Source of the DNA: Candidatus Omnitrophota bacterium
GTDB lineage: Bacteria; Omnitrophota; Gorgyraeia; Gygaellales; Profunditerraquicolaceae
NCBI GenBank assembly: GCA_003598025.1
Contig: QZKH01000003.1
Coordinates: forward strand, 439,221 to 503,220
Length of the DNA: 64,000 nt
Direction: 5' to 3'
The notes below the pieces were generated by a model, which saw nothing but the letters and a program-made list of their open reading frames with translations, did not search any database and was not told where the DNA came from. Below, piece by piece: positions 9,422 to 19,133 of this stretch (position 1 is the first letter of the stretch; each line of letters opens with the position of its first letter). The translations under genes and the position numbers were made by a program.

Positions 9422-9477
9422 GATAACCCTCTCTTCCTTATGATTTTTGCAGCCAATATCAACTAAGCATGATAACT

Positions 9478-9867
9478 CTAGTAGCTATATTTCTTGATTC
9501 TCTCCAATATCTTCGCCGATGCTGTTTTATCTCCTGTTACGCCGACCCTGACTTCAACTTTTGAAGCTGTTTGCGTAAGGGGCCGGATATCAATCCATAC
9601 CTCACTGCCATCGATATATTCACTTCTTATCTGTGTGACTTCATCGGACTTGGATTCCTTGTCTACTTTCATATCAAGGGATTCTATAGCCCTTTTAGTG
9701 GCATTGACTGTCCTTTCATAAGGAGCGCTTACTTCATCGCTAAGTTTTCCTGATAACCATAAAGCTGTTCCTACGCCGCCTGCAGCGCCTGCGATTAATA
9801 AAGCGCATCCGCATACATTAACTGCCAAAGCCAGAATTACTGCTATTTTCAATGCACTTTTAAACAT
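9478..9867 (-). CDS. DUF3568-like lipoprotein
   Basis: Lipobox-like VCGC, Gly/Ala-rich segment, C-terminal VEVRVGVTGD. Confidence 0.8.
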   Translation of the reverse strand: MFKSALKIAVILALAVNVCGCALLIAGAAGGVGTALWLSGKLSDEVSAPYERTVNATKRAIESLDMKVDKESKSDEVTQIRSEYIDGSEVWIDIRPLTQTASKVEVRVGVTGDKTASAKILERIKKYSY

Positions 9868-9909
9868 ATGTACCTCCTTTCAATAACCAACCCGGATTAA
9901 CCAGGCTGA

Positions 9910-10257
9910 TTATTCAGACCCATACAAATATATTACTTCCCCTTCATCGGTAACTTTATAAACGACAGAATGATCGTTCTGCTCAGGGTGGACAAACTTT
10001 ATCTTCCATGCCCACTCATGCCCTGCTTTATCCTTAAGGCGGTTTGTGTATTCCGCAGAGATAAGGATATAATCTGACTTTTTAAAATACTCTTGCCCCC
10101 TTATCCTGGTCTCTTTAGTATAAAAATATTCGCTCGCAAGAGACACTGCTTCCTCTATAGACAATTTAGGAACGGGTATCGGAGGCCCAGACTTGGCAAA
10201 AAGTCCTGCCGGCATTGTTAATAACAAGAATAATAGAAGTATCCTATTATATTGCAT
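9910..10257 (-). CDS. Hypothetical exported protein (PepSY-like fold possible)
   Basis: Signal peptide, GGAGG RBS, LSIEEAVSLA helix followed by beta-rich WAWKIKF...VYKV. Confidence 0.7.
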   Translation of the reverse strand: MQYNRILLLFLLLTMPAGLFAKSGPPIPVPKLSIEEAVSLASEYFYTKETRIRGQEYFKKSDYILISAEYTNRLKDKAGHEWAWKIKFVHPEQNDHSVVYKVTDEGEVIYLYGSE

Positions 10258-10303
10258 AAAACCGCCTCCGTTTATTGGCTATTTATTTTCTCCTTATATA
10301 ATA

Positions 10304-10316
10304 GGGGACGTTCCCC
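10304..10316. repeat. REP-like imperfect palindrome downstream of RAYT
   Basis: GGGGACGTTCCCC; exact reverse complement of 11023-11035. Confidence 0.8.
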
Positions 10317-10327
10317 CTAATACCATT

Positions 10328-10918
10328 CTATGGTATCCTAAATGCTTGATCTACAATACGTTCGTAAGGGCGCCATTCACGTACCCGCTCCGCATAACGG
10401 CAACGCCTCTCTTCAATCGTAAAGCCTAGGCTTTCATACATAGGATTGAGCAGATTAATTATAGCATCTGGTTTGCCATTTGCATAGAATTGAAAACTAC
10501 TCCAACAATAATCAGCAATATCCTTCACTAGCCCAGCACGTAAAGGATTCCTTTCTATGTATCTTGCACATTCAATAAGGTAACCTTCGCTTTCAATTAT
10601 TCGGCTATTATATCTATTTTGGAATAAATAGCCCACCGATCCGTATTTGCTGCGGAATCCAGCCCCATACTTTTGTAATAAACCCTGCATAAACTTGGGA
10701 ACATGCTCAGCTTTAATTGTTTTTATCAATACATGGAAATGATTCGGCATTAAGCAATAATGCAAAATGCTTATTGGATGTTTTTGTCTGTACTCTCTAA
10801 TTAGTGCTAAAAACCATTGATAATCCTGTTTAGCCCGGAACAGTTTTCTTTTATCATTGCCTCTGACAACAATATGATAATAACTTCCGTCAACTAGCCC
10901 CCTGTTTTTTCTCGGCAT
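10328..10918 (-). CDS. REP-associated tyrosine transposase (RAYT, Y1/HUH, IS200-like)
   Basis: MPRKNR...YYHIVVRGND, YCLMPNHFH (HUH), GYLFQNRY, YIERNPLRAGLV, WSSF. Confidence 0.93.
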   Translation of the reverse strand: MPRKNRGLVDGSYYHIVVRGNDKRKLFRAKQDYQWFLALIREYRQKHPISILHYCLMPNHFHVLIKTIKAEHVPKFMQGLLQKYGAGFRSKYGSVGYLFQNRYNSRIIESEGYLIECARYIERNPLRAGLVKDIADYCWSSFQFYANGKPDAIINLLNPMYESLGFTIEERRCRYAERVREWRPYERIVDQAFRIP

Positions 10919-10942
10919 AAATTCCTCCTTTCACTTATAAAA

Positions 10943-10968
10943 GACGGTCCAAGAATCAGATATCTAAC
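10943..10968 (-). promoter_or_regulatory. Candidate ECF-sigma promoter upstream of RAYT
   Basis: Minus strand GTTAGA-16 nt-CGTC, then GAAAGGAGG RBS; same motif at 35560-35585 and 38806-38830. Confidence 0.7.
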
Positions 10969-11022
10969 TATTTTTTTATTAGTTGAAACAAATAAAGTTA
11001 TAGCATGGCTGGATGGCACCTT

Positions 11023-11035
11023 GGGGAACGTCCCC
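11023..11035. repeat. REP-like imperfect palindrome upstream of RAYT
   Basis: GGGGAACGTCCCC, inverted copy of 10304-10316. Confidence 0.8.
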
Positions 11036-11125
11036 TTCTTTTAAGCCAGCTAACAAGACCGCTTTCGAGTTGGTTCTTATTTACCTTGATTTTATCAGGA
11101 TATTATAGTATTCTTGTTCTCATAT

Positions 11126-13054
11126 ATGGATTATTTCCGCTTATCTGCACTAATTAACTGCTTTATATTAGTTTTTATCGGCGCCTATTCATATTTGAAT
11201 AACCGCACAAATAAGCTAAATCAGATTTGGTGCTTATTTAATATGGTTAGCGCTATATGGTTTGCCTCCATTTATATAGTTAATACAATCGCAGATAAGC
11301 AAATTGCCCTTAATATCGTCCGCCTTGCCCACCCCCTAAGCATCCTTTGCGGGTTGATATTTTTTCTCTTTTGCCTTTATTATATAGATGTTGAACAGAA
11401 TAAAAGAAGGTTAGCTATCGCTGCTTACGGCGTAGGCCTCACAGCCATATTCATTGAGAGCTTCTGGCCTTCACTGATAGTAGCTGATGTTGTGCCTAAA
11501 TTTTACCAGCCCTATACCCCAAAAGGCACGAACCTCTACATTATACACTTCTCTCTTATCATTGCTTTTATTACCATGAGTTTTTATGAACTTATCCGCG
11601 CCTACAGGCATGCCTCCAGCTACAAGCGCAATCAATTGAAATATTTCTTCCTGGCAACTTTTGTTGCTGCCTTCTCAATGTCTACAGTGCTGCCAATGGC
11701 CCTGGATTTGCCGGTTTATCCTTTTGGCTTTTTTCTCTTCCCTCTTTACGGAATAATCATCACTTATTCCATCGTCAGATATAGGCTCATGGATATTATC
11801 GTTCTTATGAACCGTACCGTATTTTTTACTGCGGTTATAATGCCGGCAATAATCGTCCATATAATACTTGTCTGGCTGTTACAGCCAAAATTCCCGTATT
11901 TCGTGTCCAATGCTTTTTCCATAACCGCAATCAGTATAGTATTCCTGATTACCCCGCAATATAGAAAGAACCTTCAGTTAGCCTTAAATTCAATATTATA
12001 TAAAGGTAAATATGATTATCAGGATGTGTTAAAAGAATCCGCAAAAGCCCTTGTAACAATGTTGGACTTAAACCAGCTTCTTGATTATCTCGTCAACACT
12101 ATTGTAAAAAACATCCGCGTAAACAAGGTATCTCTTCTGCTGGAAGATGAGGAATCAAAAGAATACAAGGTCGCTGCCTCTTTCGGCATACCGAAAGAAC
12201 AGGCAGAATCAATAAGGCTAAAACCTATAAACGGGATAATCGGATACCTGACTAATAAGCCTGCTACCCTGGTAAGGGAAGAGGCTGAAAGAGAATTGTC
12301 TACTCCGCAGCTTGAAAAAATAAAAAAAGATATGGATGAGATCGGCGCAGAAATAATGATGCCGTTAATATGTAAGAACAAACTGGTAGGTATCTTAAAC
12401 CTTGACAATAAATCATCCGGCGGGTTTTATGACCCCAGCGATATTGATATCCTTGATACATTAGCAAACGAAGCTGCGATCGCAATCGAGAATGCCAGGC
12501 TCTACCGCCAGGCAATAACTGATGGCCTGACTAAGCTATATCATCATCAGCATTTCATGGCGCGGCTGAATGAAGAAACAGAGAGGTCAAAAAGATATGA
12601 AAGGCCGATGTCTCTTTTGATGATAGACCTGGATCACTTCAAAGATATAAATGATAAGTTCGGCCACCAAGCCGGTGATGTAGCATTGCAAAAAGTCGCG
12701 CTTATCCTGAAAAATAACCTGAGAAACGTAGATATTTGCGGAAGGTATGGCGGTGAAGAATTTGCGCTTATCCTCCCTGAAACTGCGGTTAAAGGTGCAA
12801 AAAATGCTGCAGAGCGGCTCAGAAACCATGTTGAAAATGCAAAAGACTTTGCTGAAAAAATCCGACAGACAATAGCCAAATCCTCCCTTAAACACGAAAA
12901 CAGCACGCTCTCCCTGACTATAAGCGTGGGAATAACGTTTTACGACGGCCAGGATAAAACCAAAACCGCTTATGACTTAATAAAAGAAGCGGATTCCGCT
13001 CTTTACCTGGCAAAGAGAATGGGAAGAAACAGGGTCGTTGAATTCTCCAGGTAA
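11126..13054 (+). CDS. Diguanylate cyclase with N-terminal multi-TM (HisKA_7TM-like) region, GAF and GGDEF domains
   Basis: ~9 TM helices, GAF (PLICKNKLVGILNL...AIAIENARLY), TDGLT, DLDHFKDINDKFGHQAGD, RNVD I-site, RYGGEEF. Confidence 0.95.
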   Translation: MDYFRLSALINCFILVFIGAYSYLNNRTNKLNQIWCLFNMVSAIWFASIYIVNTIADKQIALNIVRLAHPLSILCGLIFFLFCLYYIDVEQNKRRLAIAAYGVGLTAIFIESFWPSLIVADVVPKFYQPYTPKGTNLYIIHFSLIIAFITMSFYELIRAYRHASSYKRNQLKYFFLATFVAAFSMSTVLPMALDLPVYPFGFFLFPLYGIIITYSIVRYRLMDIIVLMNRTVFFTAVIMPAIIVHIILVWLLQPKFPYFVSNAFSITAISIVFLITPQYRKNLQLALNSILYKGKYDYQDVLKESAKALVTMLDLNQLLDYLVNTIVKNIRVNKVSLLLEDEESKEYKVAASFGIPKEQAESIRLKPINGIIGYLTNKPATLVREEAERELSTPQLEKIKKDMDEIGAEIMMPLICKNKLVGILNLDNKSSGGFYDPSDIDILDTLANEAAIAIENARLYRQAITDGLTKLYHHQHFMARLNEETERSKRYERPMSLLMIDLDHFKDINDKFGHQAGDVALQKVALILKNNLRNVDICGRYGGEEFALILPETAVKGAKNAAERLRNHVENAKDFAEKIRQTIAKSSLKHENSTLSLTISVGITFYDGQDKTKTAYDLIKEADSALYLAKRMGRNRVVEFSR

Positions 13055-13078
13055 AACCATTCAAGCGCCTTCCAGCCT

Positions 13079-13375
13079 TCAATAAAGATATTTTGAGAAA
13101 ATACCGACTAATACCAGAATCGCCGGCAAGAAAAGTAGCGCCCAGCCTGCGATGCGCATAAAAAAGCCCGGGGTAGCTCTGATATATCCCCCTCTTGAAG
13201 GAGCTTCATATTGGCCAAGCTCATCGCCAAACCATATGCCTGCCAAAGCAAATGCAATCAACCCGAAAAGCTTAACAATACCCTCTTTAAAGAAAAACCA
13301 GCCCATGACAATATAAACACCTGCGATTATTAATGAAATTACTCTTGCTTTATTCCAATACAAATATTCTTTCAT
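13079..13375 (-). CDS. Hypothetical small membrane protein
   Basis: 98 aa, three hydrophobic segments, IWFGDELG and TPGFFMRIAGW. Confidence 0.7.
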   Translation of the reverse strand: MKEYLYWNKARVISLIIAGVYIVMGWFFFKEGIVKLFGLIAFALAGIWFGDELGQYEAPSRGGYIRATPGFFMRIAGWALLFLPAILVLVGIFSKYLY

Positions 13376-13381
13376 GGTTTG

Positions 13382-15649
13382 TTATAACTTTAAATTACGC
13401 AACCTAAGTGAATTGGCAATAACAGAAACTGAGCTAAAACTCATTGCTGCACCTGCTATCATCGGACTTAAAAGCAGGCCAAAAAATGGATACAATGCCC
13501 CCGCAGCAATCGGAATACCCAATGTATTATAAATAAATGCAAAAAATAAATTCTGACGGATACTTTTCATAACCTGCCGGCTTAAATTTATAGCCTTAAG
13601 AATACCCCTTAAATCACCCTTGACCAAAGTGATACCGGCAGTTTGTATCGCGACATCTGTCCCGGCACCCATTGCTACCCCGACCTCTGCTTCGGCAAGA
13701 GCAGGAGCATCGTTTATCCCGTCTCCTGCCACTAATACTTTTGCGCCTTTTTTCCTTAAATCCCTGACTACTGCCTGCTTACCTTCAGGGCTGAGGCCGG
13801 CGTATACTTTTTTTATCTTAAGTTCTTTGGCGATAGCATTTGCTGTGTTCTCATTATCACCAGTAAGCATTGCGATTTCTAACCCCATCTTATGCAATCC
13901 TTCTATAGCAGGCGGCGTTGTCTTTTTGATAGGATCTGATACTGCAACAATACCTGCAAAATCTTTTCCGGCAGCCACACAAATAACCGTGTGCGATTTA
14001 TCTTGAAGCTCTGTTACCTTGCCGATTAAATCCCGGGGAAATACTATACTGTTTTCTTCAATAAAGCTTTTCTTTCCGATTACAACAAATACGCCGTCTA
14101 CCTGGCCCATTACCCCCTTGCCGGTAACATAATGGAAATTTGCTGCATTAGATACTGAGTAACCTTTTTCCTTTGCATAATCTACTACCGCCCGGCCCAG
14201 TGGATGTTCACTACTGCTCTCAAGGGCGGCAGAAATTTCAATAAGCCTTTCTTCTTCATATCCTGAAGCAGTTATAACCGAAGTTACTTTCGGCCTGCCC
14301 TCAGTCAAAGTGCCTGTTTTATCAGTAAGGACAAGGGTTGACTTTTCGGCCTTCTCAATAGCCTCGGCATTCCTTATTAAAATTCCGGACTGAGCACCCT
14401 TACCTACTCCAACCATCACTGACATGGGCGTAGCCAATCCCAAAGCGCACGGGCAGGCAATTATTAAAACAGATATGGCGCTTACAAGAGCATGCGCTAA
14501 TGCCGGTTCCGGGCCAAAAATATACCATAAAACAAACGATATTATTGCGCAGATAAACACCGCCGGGACAAAATAATACGAGATTTTATCTGCAAGATTC
14601 TGTATCGGCGCGCGGCTGCGTTGAGCCTCTGCAACCATATTTATGATTTGGGAGAGGATTGTCTCAGAACCCACCCTTTCAATGCGCATAATAAAAGTCC
14701 CTGCCTGGTTTATAGTTGCCCCGATAACGCTGTCTCCTTCTTTCTTAAGCACCGGCAAAGCTTCTCCGGAAAGCATGGATTCATCAACATAGCTTTGGCC
14801 TTCGATTATAACTCCATCAAGCGGGATCTTTTCACCGGGACGAACGCGTAATAAATCCCCCTTGATTACCTTATCTATATCTATATCCTCCTCCTTACCA
14901 TCCTTGAGCTTATGAGCTACCTTTGCCGCCAAACTCACCAGGGCTTTAATCGCTTGCCCCGTTTTATTGCGCGCTTTTGATTCAAGTAGCTGCCCCAGAA
15001 GAACCAAAGTCGTGATAACTGCTGCTGATTCAAAATATAACCCTACCCTGCCTGCCTCTTTTATCGAATCAGGAAATACCCCTGGCACAAACAATCCAAG
15101 CGCGCTAAACCCATAAGCAGCTCCTACCCCAATTCCAATCAAGGTAAACATGTTTGGGCTTTTATTTAATACCGACTTCCACGCCTTAACAAAGAAAATC
15201 TTGCCTGCCCATAAGACAACCGGGGTGGCAAGAAAAAATTGCATCCAACGCCAAAAATCCGAATGCGTATCTACTAGCCCAAACATATGGCCCATAGAAA
15301 GGAAGAATACTGGTATGGTAAATATTACTGCGGCCCAGAATTTACGCGATAAAGACCTCTCTTGCCTATCTTGCGCGTTTTCTTCAGGAGCAAAACCTTT
15401 TATTTCCAGGTGCATCCCGCATTTAGGGCAATCGCCGGGGCGGTCCTGTTCTATCTCCGGATGCATAGGGCAGATATAAACATTTTTAAAGGCATTACCC
15501 ACGGAAGGCATGTACGCTTGCTGATAATTTCCCTTCAGAAATTTATCTTTACAATGCTCACTGCAGAAATAATACGTATCTTGCCCTCTGACAAGCTTCA
15601 AGGAATCCTTTTCATTAACATCCATTCCGCAAATAGGGTCTTTAGCCAT
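13382..15649 (-). CDS. copA: Copper/silver-translocating P1B-type ATPase with YHS and YxCPMH domains
   Basis: DPICGM...[45 protein letters not shown]. Confidence 0.95.
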   Translation of the reverse strand: MAKDPICGMDVNEKDSLKLVRGQDTYYFCSEHCKDKFLKGNYQQAYMPSVGNAFKNVYICPMHPEIEQDRPGDCPKCGMHLEIKGFAPEENAQDRQERSLSRKFWAAVIFTIPVFFLSMGHMFGLVDTHSDFWRWMQFFLATPVVLWAGKIFFVKAWKSVLNKSPNMFTLIGIGVGAAYGFSALGLFVPGVFPDSIKEAGRVGLYFESAAVITTLVLLGQLLESKARNKTGQAIKALVSLAAKVAHKLKDGKEEDIDIDKVIKGDLLRVRPGEKIPLDGVIIEGQSYVDESMLSGEALPVLKKEGDSVIGATINQAGTFIMRIERVGSETILSQIINMVAEAQRSRAPIQNLADKISYYFVPAVFICAIISFVLWYIFGPEPALAHALVSAISVLIIACPCALGLATPMSVMVGVGKGAQSGILIRNAEAIEKAEKSTLVLTDKTGTLTEGRPKVTSVITASGYEEERLIEISAALESSSEHPLGRAVVDYAKEKGYSVSNAANFHYVTGKGVMGQVDGVFVVIGKKSFIEENSIVFPRDLIGKVTELQDKSHTVICVAAGKDFAGIVAVSDPIKKTTPPAIEGLHKMGLEIAMLTGDNENTANAIAKELKIKKVYAGLSPEGKQAVVRDLRKKGAKVLVAGDGINDAPALAEAEVGVAMGAGTDVAIQTAGITLVKGDLRGILKAINLSRQVMKSIRQNLFFAFIYNTLGIPIAAGALYPFFGLLLSPMIAGAAMSFSSVSVIANSLRLRNLKL

Positions 15650-15673
15650 AATTATTGATCAGTTAAATAGGTT

Positions 15674-16633
15674 TTATAGATATACCTGCAAGAAATTGAA
15701 GATATATCCAGTAAAAATAATCGCCAATGCAGTAATCCCAAAAAATATTAATATCAACTGCAGTTTCATCGCCCTTCTTAATATAATCGCCTCCGGCAGG
15801 CTCAATCCAGAGACTGCCATGACAAAAGCTATGGCCGTACCGAGCGGAAATCCTTTCTGAAATAAAACAACAGCTATCGGTACTATCGCAGCACAACTTC
15901 CATACATCGGTACGCCTAACAATGTAGCTATAGGAACAGAAAAAATCCCTCCTCTTGAAACAATTGCATGCACCGTATTTTCAGGGATGTAATTGTGAAT
16001 AAAAGCGCCAATACCTATGCCTGCTAAAACCCACAGCCATAATTTTCTCACTATATCTCCGGCTTCGTATAAGCCGAATAAAATCCGGCTCTTTATGCCC
16101 TTATAAACTGCTTTTTGGCTCAGCGGGTATTGCCCTGGCATCAGAATGTCCTTGACCAGGTATCTCTCCACTTTCATCTTAGATAACACAACTCCCGAAA
16201 TAACGCCGATTGATATGCCGCTGATAATATAGGCGAGTGTTATCTTCCAACCAAATGAACCAAGCATTAATACAGCCAGGTATTCATTTACTAATGGCGA
16301 AGTAATTAAAAAAGAAAAAGCTACACCCAGAGGGATATCGGCTTCAATAAAGCTGATAAAAATGGGTACGGATGAACACGAACAAAACGGCGTAACCGCA
16401 CCAAATAAAGCAGCAAAAAAGTTACCAATGACAGATTTCCTTTCAAGCCATTTCTTAATTTTATGCTCAGAAACAAAAGTTCTTAAGAAACCTATAACTG
16501 AGATCATGAAAAAAAGCAAGGCTAATATCTTTATAGAATCATAAATAAAGAAATTAATCACACCTGCTATTTTAGAGGTGCTGCTAAAACCCAGTATCTT
16601 AAATACAAAAAAATCAACGATTAACTGCAGCAT
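15674..16633 (-). CDS. DUF318/ArsP-family permease
   Basis: GAVTPFCSCSSVP, GVPMY and GLSLPE motifs; multiple TMs. Confidence 0.9.
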   Translation of the reverse strand: MLQLIVDFFVFKILGFSSTSKIAGVINFFIYDSIKILALLFFMISVIGFLRTFVSEHKIKKWLERKSVIGNFFAALFGAVTPFCSCSSVPIFISFIEADIPLGVAFSFLITSPLVNEYLAVLMLGSFGWKITLAYIISGISIGVISGVVLSKMKVERYLVKDILMPGQYPLSQKAVYKGIKSRILFGLYEAGDIVRKLWLWVLAGIGIGAFIHNYIPENTVHAIVSRGGIFSVPIATLLGVPMYGSCAAIVPIAVVLFQKGFPLGTAIAFVMAVSGLSLPEAIILRRAMKLQLILIFFGITALAIIFTGYIFNFLQVYL

Positions 16634-16770
16634 TTATTCTGCCCTTTATCAGTCTTATTAGAGCAACACGATGCCGCCTTTGACTTTTCTTCAATCTTTT
16701 TGTCAAGCTTCTCGAGCATCCGCGAAAAAAAAGATTTGTTCTTTGGTTTTTCACTTTTACTGTTATCCAT
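16621..16770 (-). CDS. Small Cys-pair peptide, putative metal-binding (49 aa; below ORF-track cutoff)
   Basis: GGAGGAGG RBS; MDNSKSEKPKNKSFFSRMLEKLDKKIEEKSKAASCCSNKTDKGQNKCCS*; overlaps the permease start. Confidence 0.8.
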   Translation of the reverse strand: MDNSKSEKPKNKSFFSRMLEKLDKKIEEKSKAASCCSNKTDKGQNKCCS

Positions 16771-16800
16771 TGCCTCCTCCTGTTAGTGGTTTTTTATATT

Positions 16801-17481
16801 TTAATCGCGCAAAATATTTGCGTAAAAGAAAATCCTTATTATGGCCAAAAATAGGGTAAAAATAAATAAAAATTCGAATATTTCATTTATAAAATTAGGA
16901 TAACCAAACAATTTTATATCTTCGAAAACTTCTATAGCTATTATTGTCGCCATGACCATTGCTAATGATATGGCTTCTTTCTTTACCCAGGAAAACTTTA
17001 CTTTAAGATAATAATTTAGATTAAATAAGCTGCTGAAACTGGGAAAATATTTAGGGGTAGACCTGCAATAATTATAATAGTCATCTTTAAATTTATCTTT
17101 TAAGATTTTATCTTCTTTATTTATCTGCGGTATGTATATCATCAGATAAACAGCAAGAAAAATAAACAGCATCCACAAACGGAAAATCATAAGGACCACG
17201 CCTGAGCCAATCAACAATGTGCCCAGATACATAGGGTTTCTGACCATTTTATACGGCCCGCCGGTAACGAGTTTAAAGCCGTTAGACGACATCTCTTCCT
17301 TATACCCCCTTGAAGAAACCCTGAATAAGAAGCCAAATAATATCAACCCTATCCCGAGGGCATCAAACAATTCATCAGTAGGATGGTATTTCCAGCTGGG
17401 TAATATCAATTTATAAAGCACCAAAGTAAGTAAAACTGAGGCAAAAATCAGTATACCCTGTATCCTTATACGCATTTTCAT
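16801..17481 (-). CDS. Isoprenylcysteine carboxyl methyltransferase/PEMT-family membrane protein
   Basis: LVTGGPYKMVRNPMYLG, EDKIL...F...Y...TPKYFP. Confidence 0.85.
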   Translation of the reverse strand: MKMRIRIQGILIFASVLLTLVLYKLILPSWKYHPTDELFDALGIGLILFGFLFRVSSRGYKEEMSSNGFKLVTGGPYKMVRNPMYLGTLLIGSGVVLMIFRLWMLFIFLAVYLMIYIPQINKEDKILKDKFKDDYYNYCRSTPKYFPSFSSLFNLNYYLKVKFSWVKKEAISLAMVMATIIAIEVFEDIKLFGYPNFINEIFEFLFIFTLFLAIIRIFFYANILRD

Positions 17482-17484
17482 GGT

Positions 17485-19131
17485 TTATTGTCCATTTTTT
17501 CTGCTCTTGTCAGTAACAAAGAACTCCATATATTTACCCAGCATAAGCCTTGTCTGCGCATCCAGAGCCGGTAATGCGCTCAATGCGAGTATTATAATTG
17601 GGATAAATACCCACTCAAGCGAGTGCCTTATCTTTGATAACGCCGCGTTGCTGTCTTTTCTTGCAGGCAAAAGCAGAAGGCTTATCACCATGCAAACCAG
17701 CAATCCAAAAGAAGATAAGCTGAAGATCACCCCTCTTATTCTTGGGGCTATATAATAAACTGTGCTTGTGGAAAATTCCCTTCCGGAAAAAATGGCCGGC
17801 AACCAGCTTATAAACGCAAGCAAAAAAGACCATGTTGCCCAGGAAACAAAAGATTCAAGCAATTTAATCCCGAAATTAATCCTTTTATATACCGGGATGC
17901 TCCGCTTGACTATAAAAGCCCTGATTACTATCGGAAAATTCTCTACGCCCCATGCCCAACGCCGCTTCTGCTTGTATATATTCATGAATGTTTCCCGGAA
18001 ACTGTTACCGGTTGCTACATCCATTGATACGGTAGTATAAACAGGCACAACACGGTAATCCCCGTTAAAATGTATAAATGCCTTCCAGAAAATAGCAGAG
18101 TCATCCGAAACCATATCTACCGGCCAAAAACCCACATCGACCAACGCCTTAAAACTCATGCTATGGCTTGAAAATGTCACCAGCTTATTCGGATTCGTCG
18201 CTTCAACGAGCTGGAAAAAAGATGTCCCGATATCTATTATCCGGGCAAAACTGGCGGAATCCCAGATATTATTATGATATACAGGTATAGGCTGGAAACT
18301 CGCCTTGAGCCTTTCCGGAGTAATCATAAAATGATACGTCAGACAGCTGAAATAATTACCCTGGGGTACGGTATCGGCATCGAAACAGGAAACAATCACA
18401 TTTTCAAACGCTATGCCTCTATCTCTAAAATATCGTGCTGCCTCTTTTGCCGAATAGGCAATATTTGCCCCTTTGACCCTGGCCTCTCCTTCAAGCCCGG
18501 AAGGATGAATAACAATAAAGATATCCATAAAGCTGCCTTTATATTTTTGGACGATACTCTCCATATCAGCCTTCACTTCTATCTTGGCAGATTCCTCAAG
18601 GGCAATTATAAGCACGATCCTTGAGGCAGGATACTGGCCGCTTAAAATACCGGCTATGCCCGGTTCCACTATATTAAGGCCCTCTTTTATAACCGGGATC
18701 AGGACCAAATGATACAAGTTTTCAAATGCTGGCGGGAATTGACCGCTTTTTAAAAGCCCGGCTACCTCTCTCCTGTATGTCAGGTTTGCGATTTTTTCTT
18801 TAAAGCCGGCTATAATAATATTATCCGATGGTATTTTCTTCTCGACAGCCAGTTTATCTATTTCTTTAATGCGCTTGCTCCAGTCAATTTTCTTTTCTGT
18901 CTCTAACCTGAAATAAGACAAAACCAAGAAGATATTCATATATATCAGCCTCATAACCCAATACAATAAAAAGGCGATCATAATTACCGCAGCCAATAAT
19001 GGCTTAGCAAGGCTTAAGGCCACCATTCCGATTATTATCCCCCAGCTTAACGCTCCGGGGACTATCTCAAAAAAACGCTCCAGCTTACTTTGGGTCGCAT
19101 CCAGGTTATGACGGGTATACAAGAATTCCAT
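17485..19131 (-). CDS. Membrane-bound glycosyltransferase family 2
   Basis: KGAN, FDAD (DxD), SDD and QKRRWAWG (QxxRW) motifs with flanking TMs. Confidence 0.88.
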   Translation of the reverse strand: MEFLYTRHNLDATQSKLERFFEIVPGALSWGIIIGMVALSLAKPLLAAVIMIAFLLYWVMRLIYMNIFLVLSYFRLETEKKIDWSKRIKEIDKLAVEKKIPSDNIIIAGFKEKIANLTYRREVAGLLKSGQFPPAFENLYHLVLIPVIKEGLNIVEPGIAGILSGQYPASRIVLIIALEESAKIEVKADMESIVQKYKGSFMDIFIVIHPSGLEGEARVKGANIAYSAKEAARYFRDRGIAFENVIVSCFDADTVPQGNYFSCLTYHFMITPERLKASFQPIPVYHNNIWDSASFARIIDIGTSFFQLVEATNPNKLVTFSSHSMSFKALVDVGFWPVDMVSDDSAIFWKAFIHFNGDYRVVPVYTTVSMDVATGNSFRETFMNIYKQKRRWAWGVENFPIVIRAFIVKRSIPVYKRINFGIKLLESFVSWATWSFLLAFISWLPAIFSGREFSTSTVYYIAPRIRGVIFSLSSFGLLVCMVISLLLLPARKDSNAALSKIRHSLEWVFIPIIILALSALPALDAQTRLMLGKYMEFFVTDKSRKNGQ

Positions 19132-19133
19132 AT

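Noticed and set aside
10328-10918. Classical IS200/IS605 insertion sequence
   Set aside because: No tnpB; length, C-terminal NP..AGLV/WSS motifs and flanking palindromes fit RAYT
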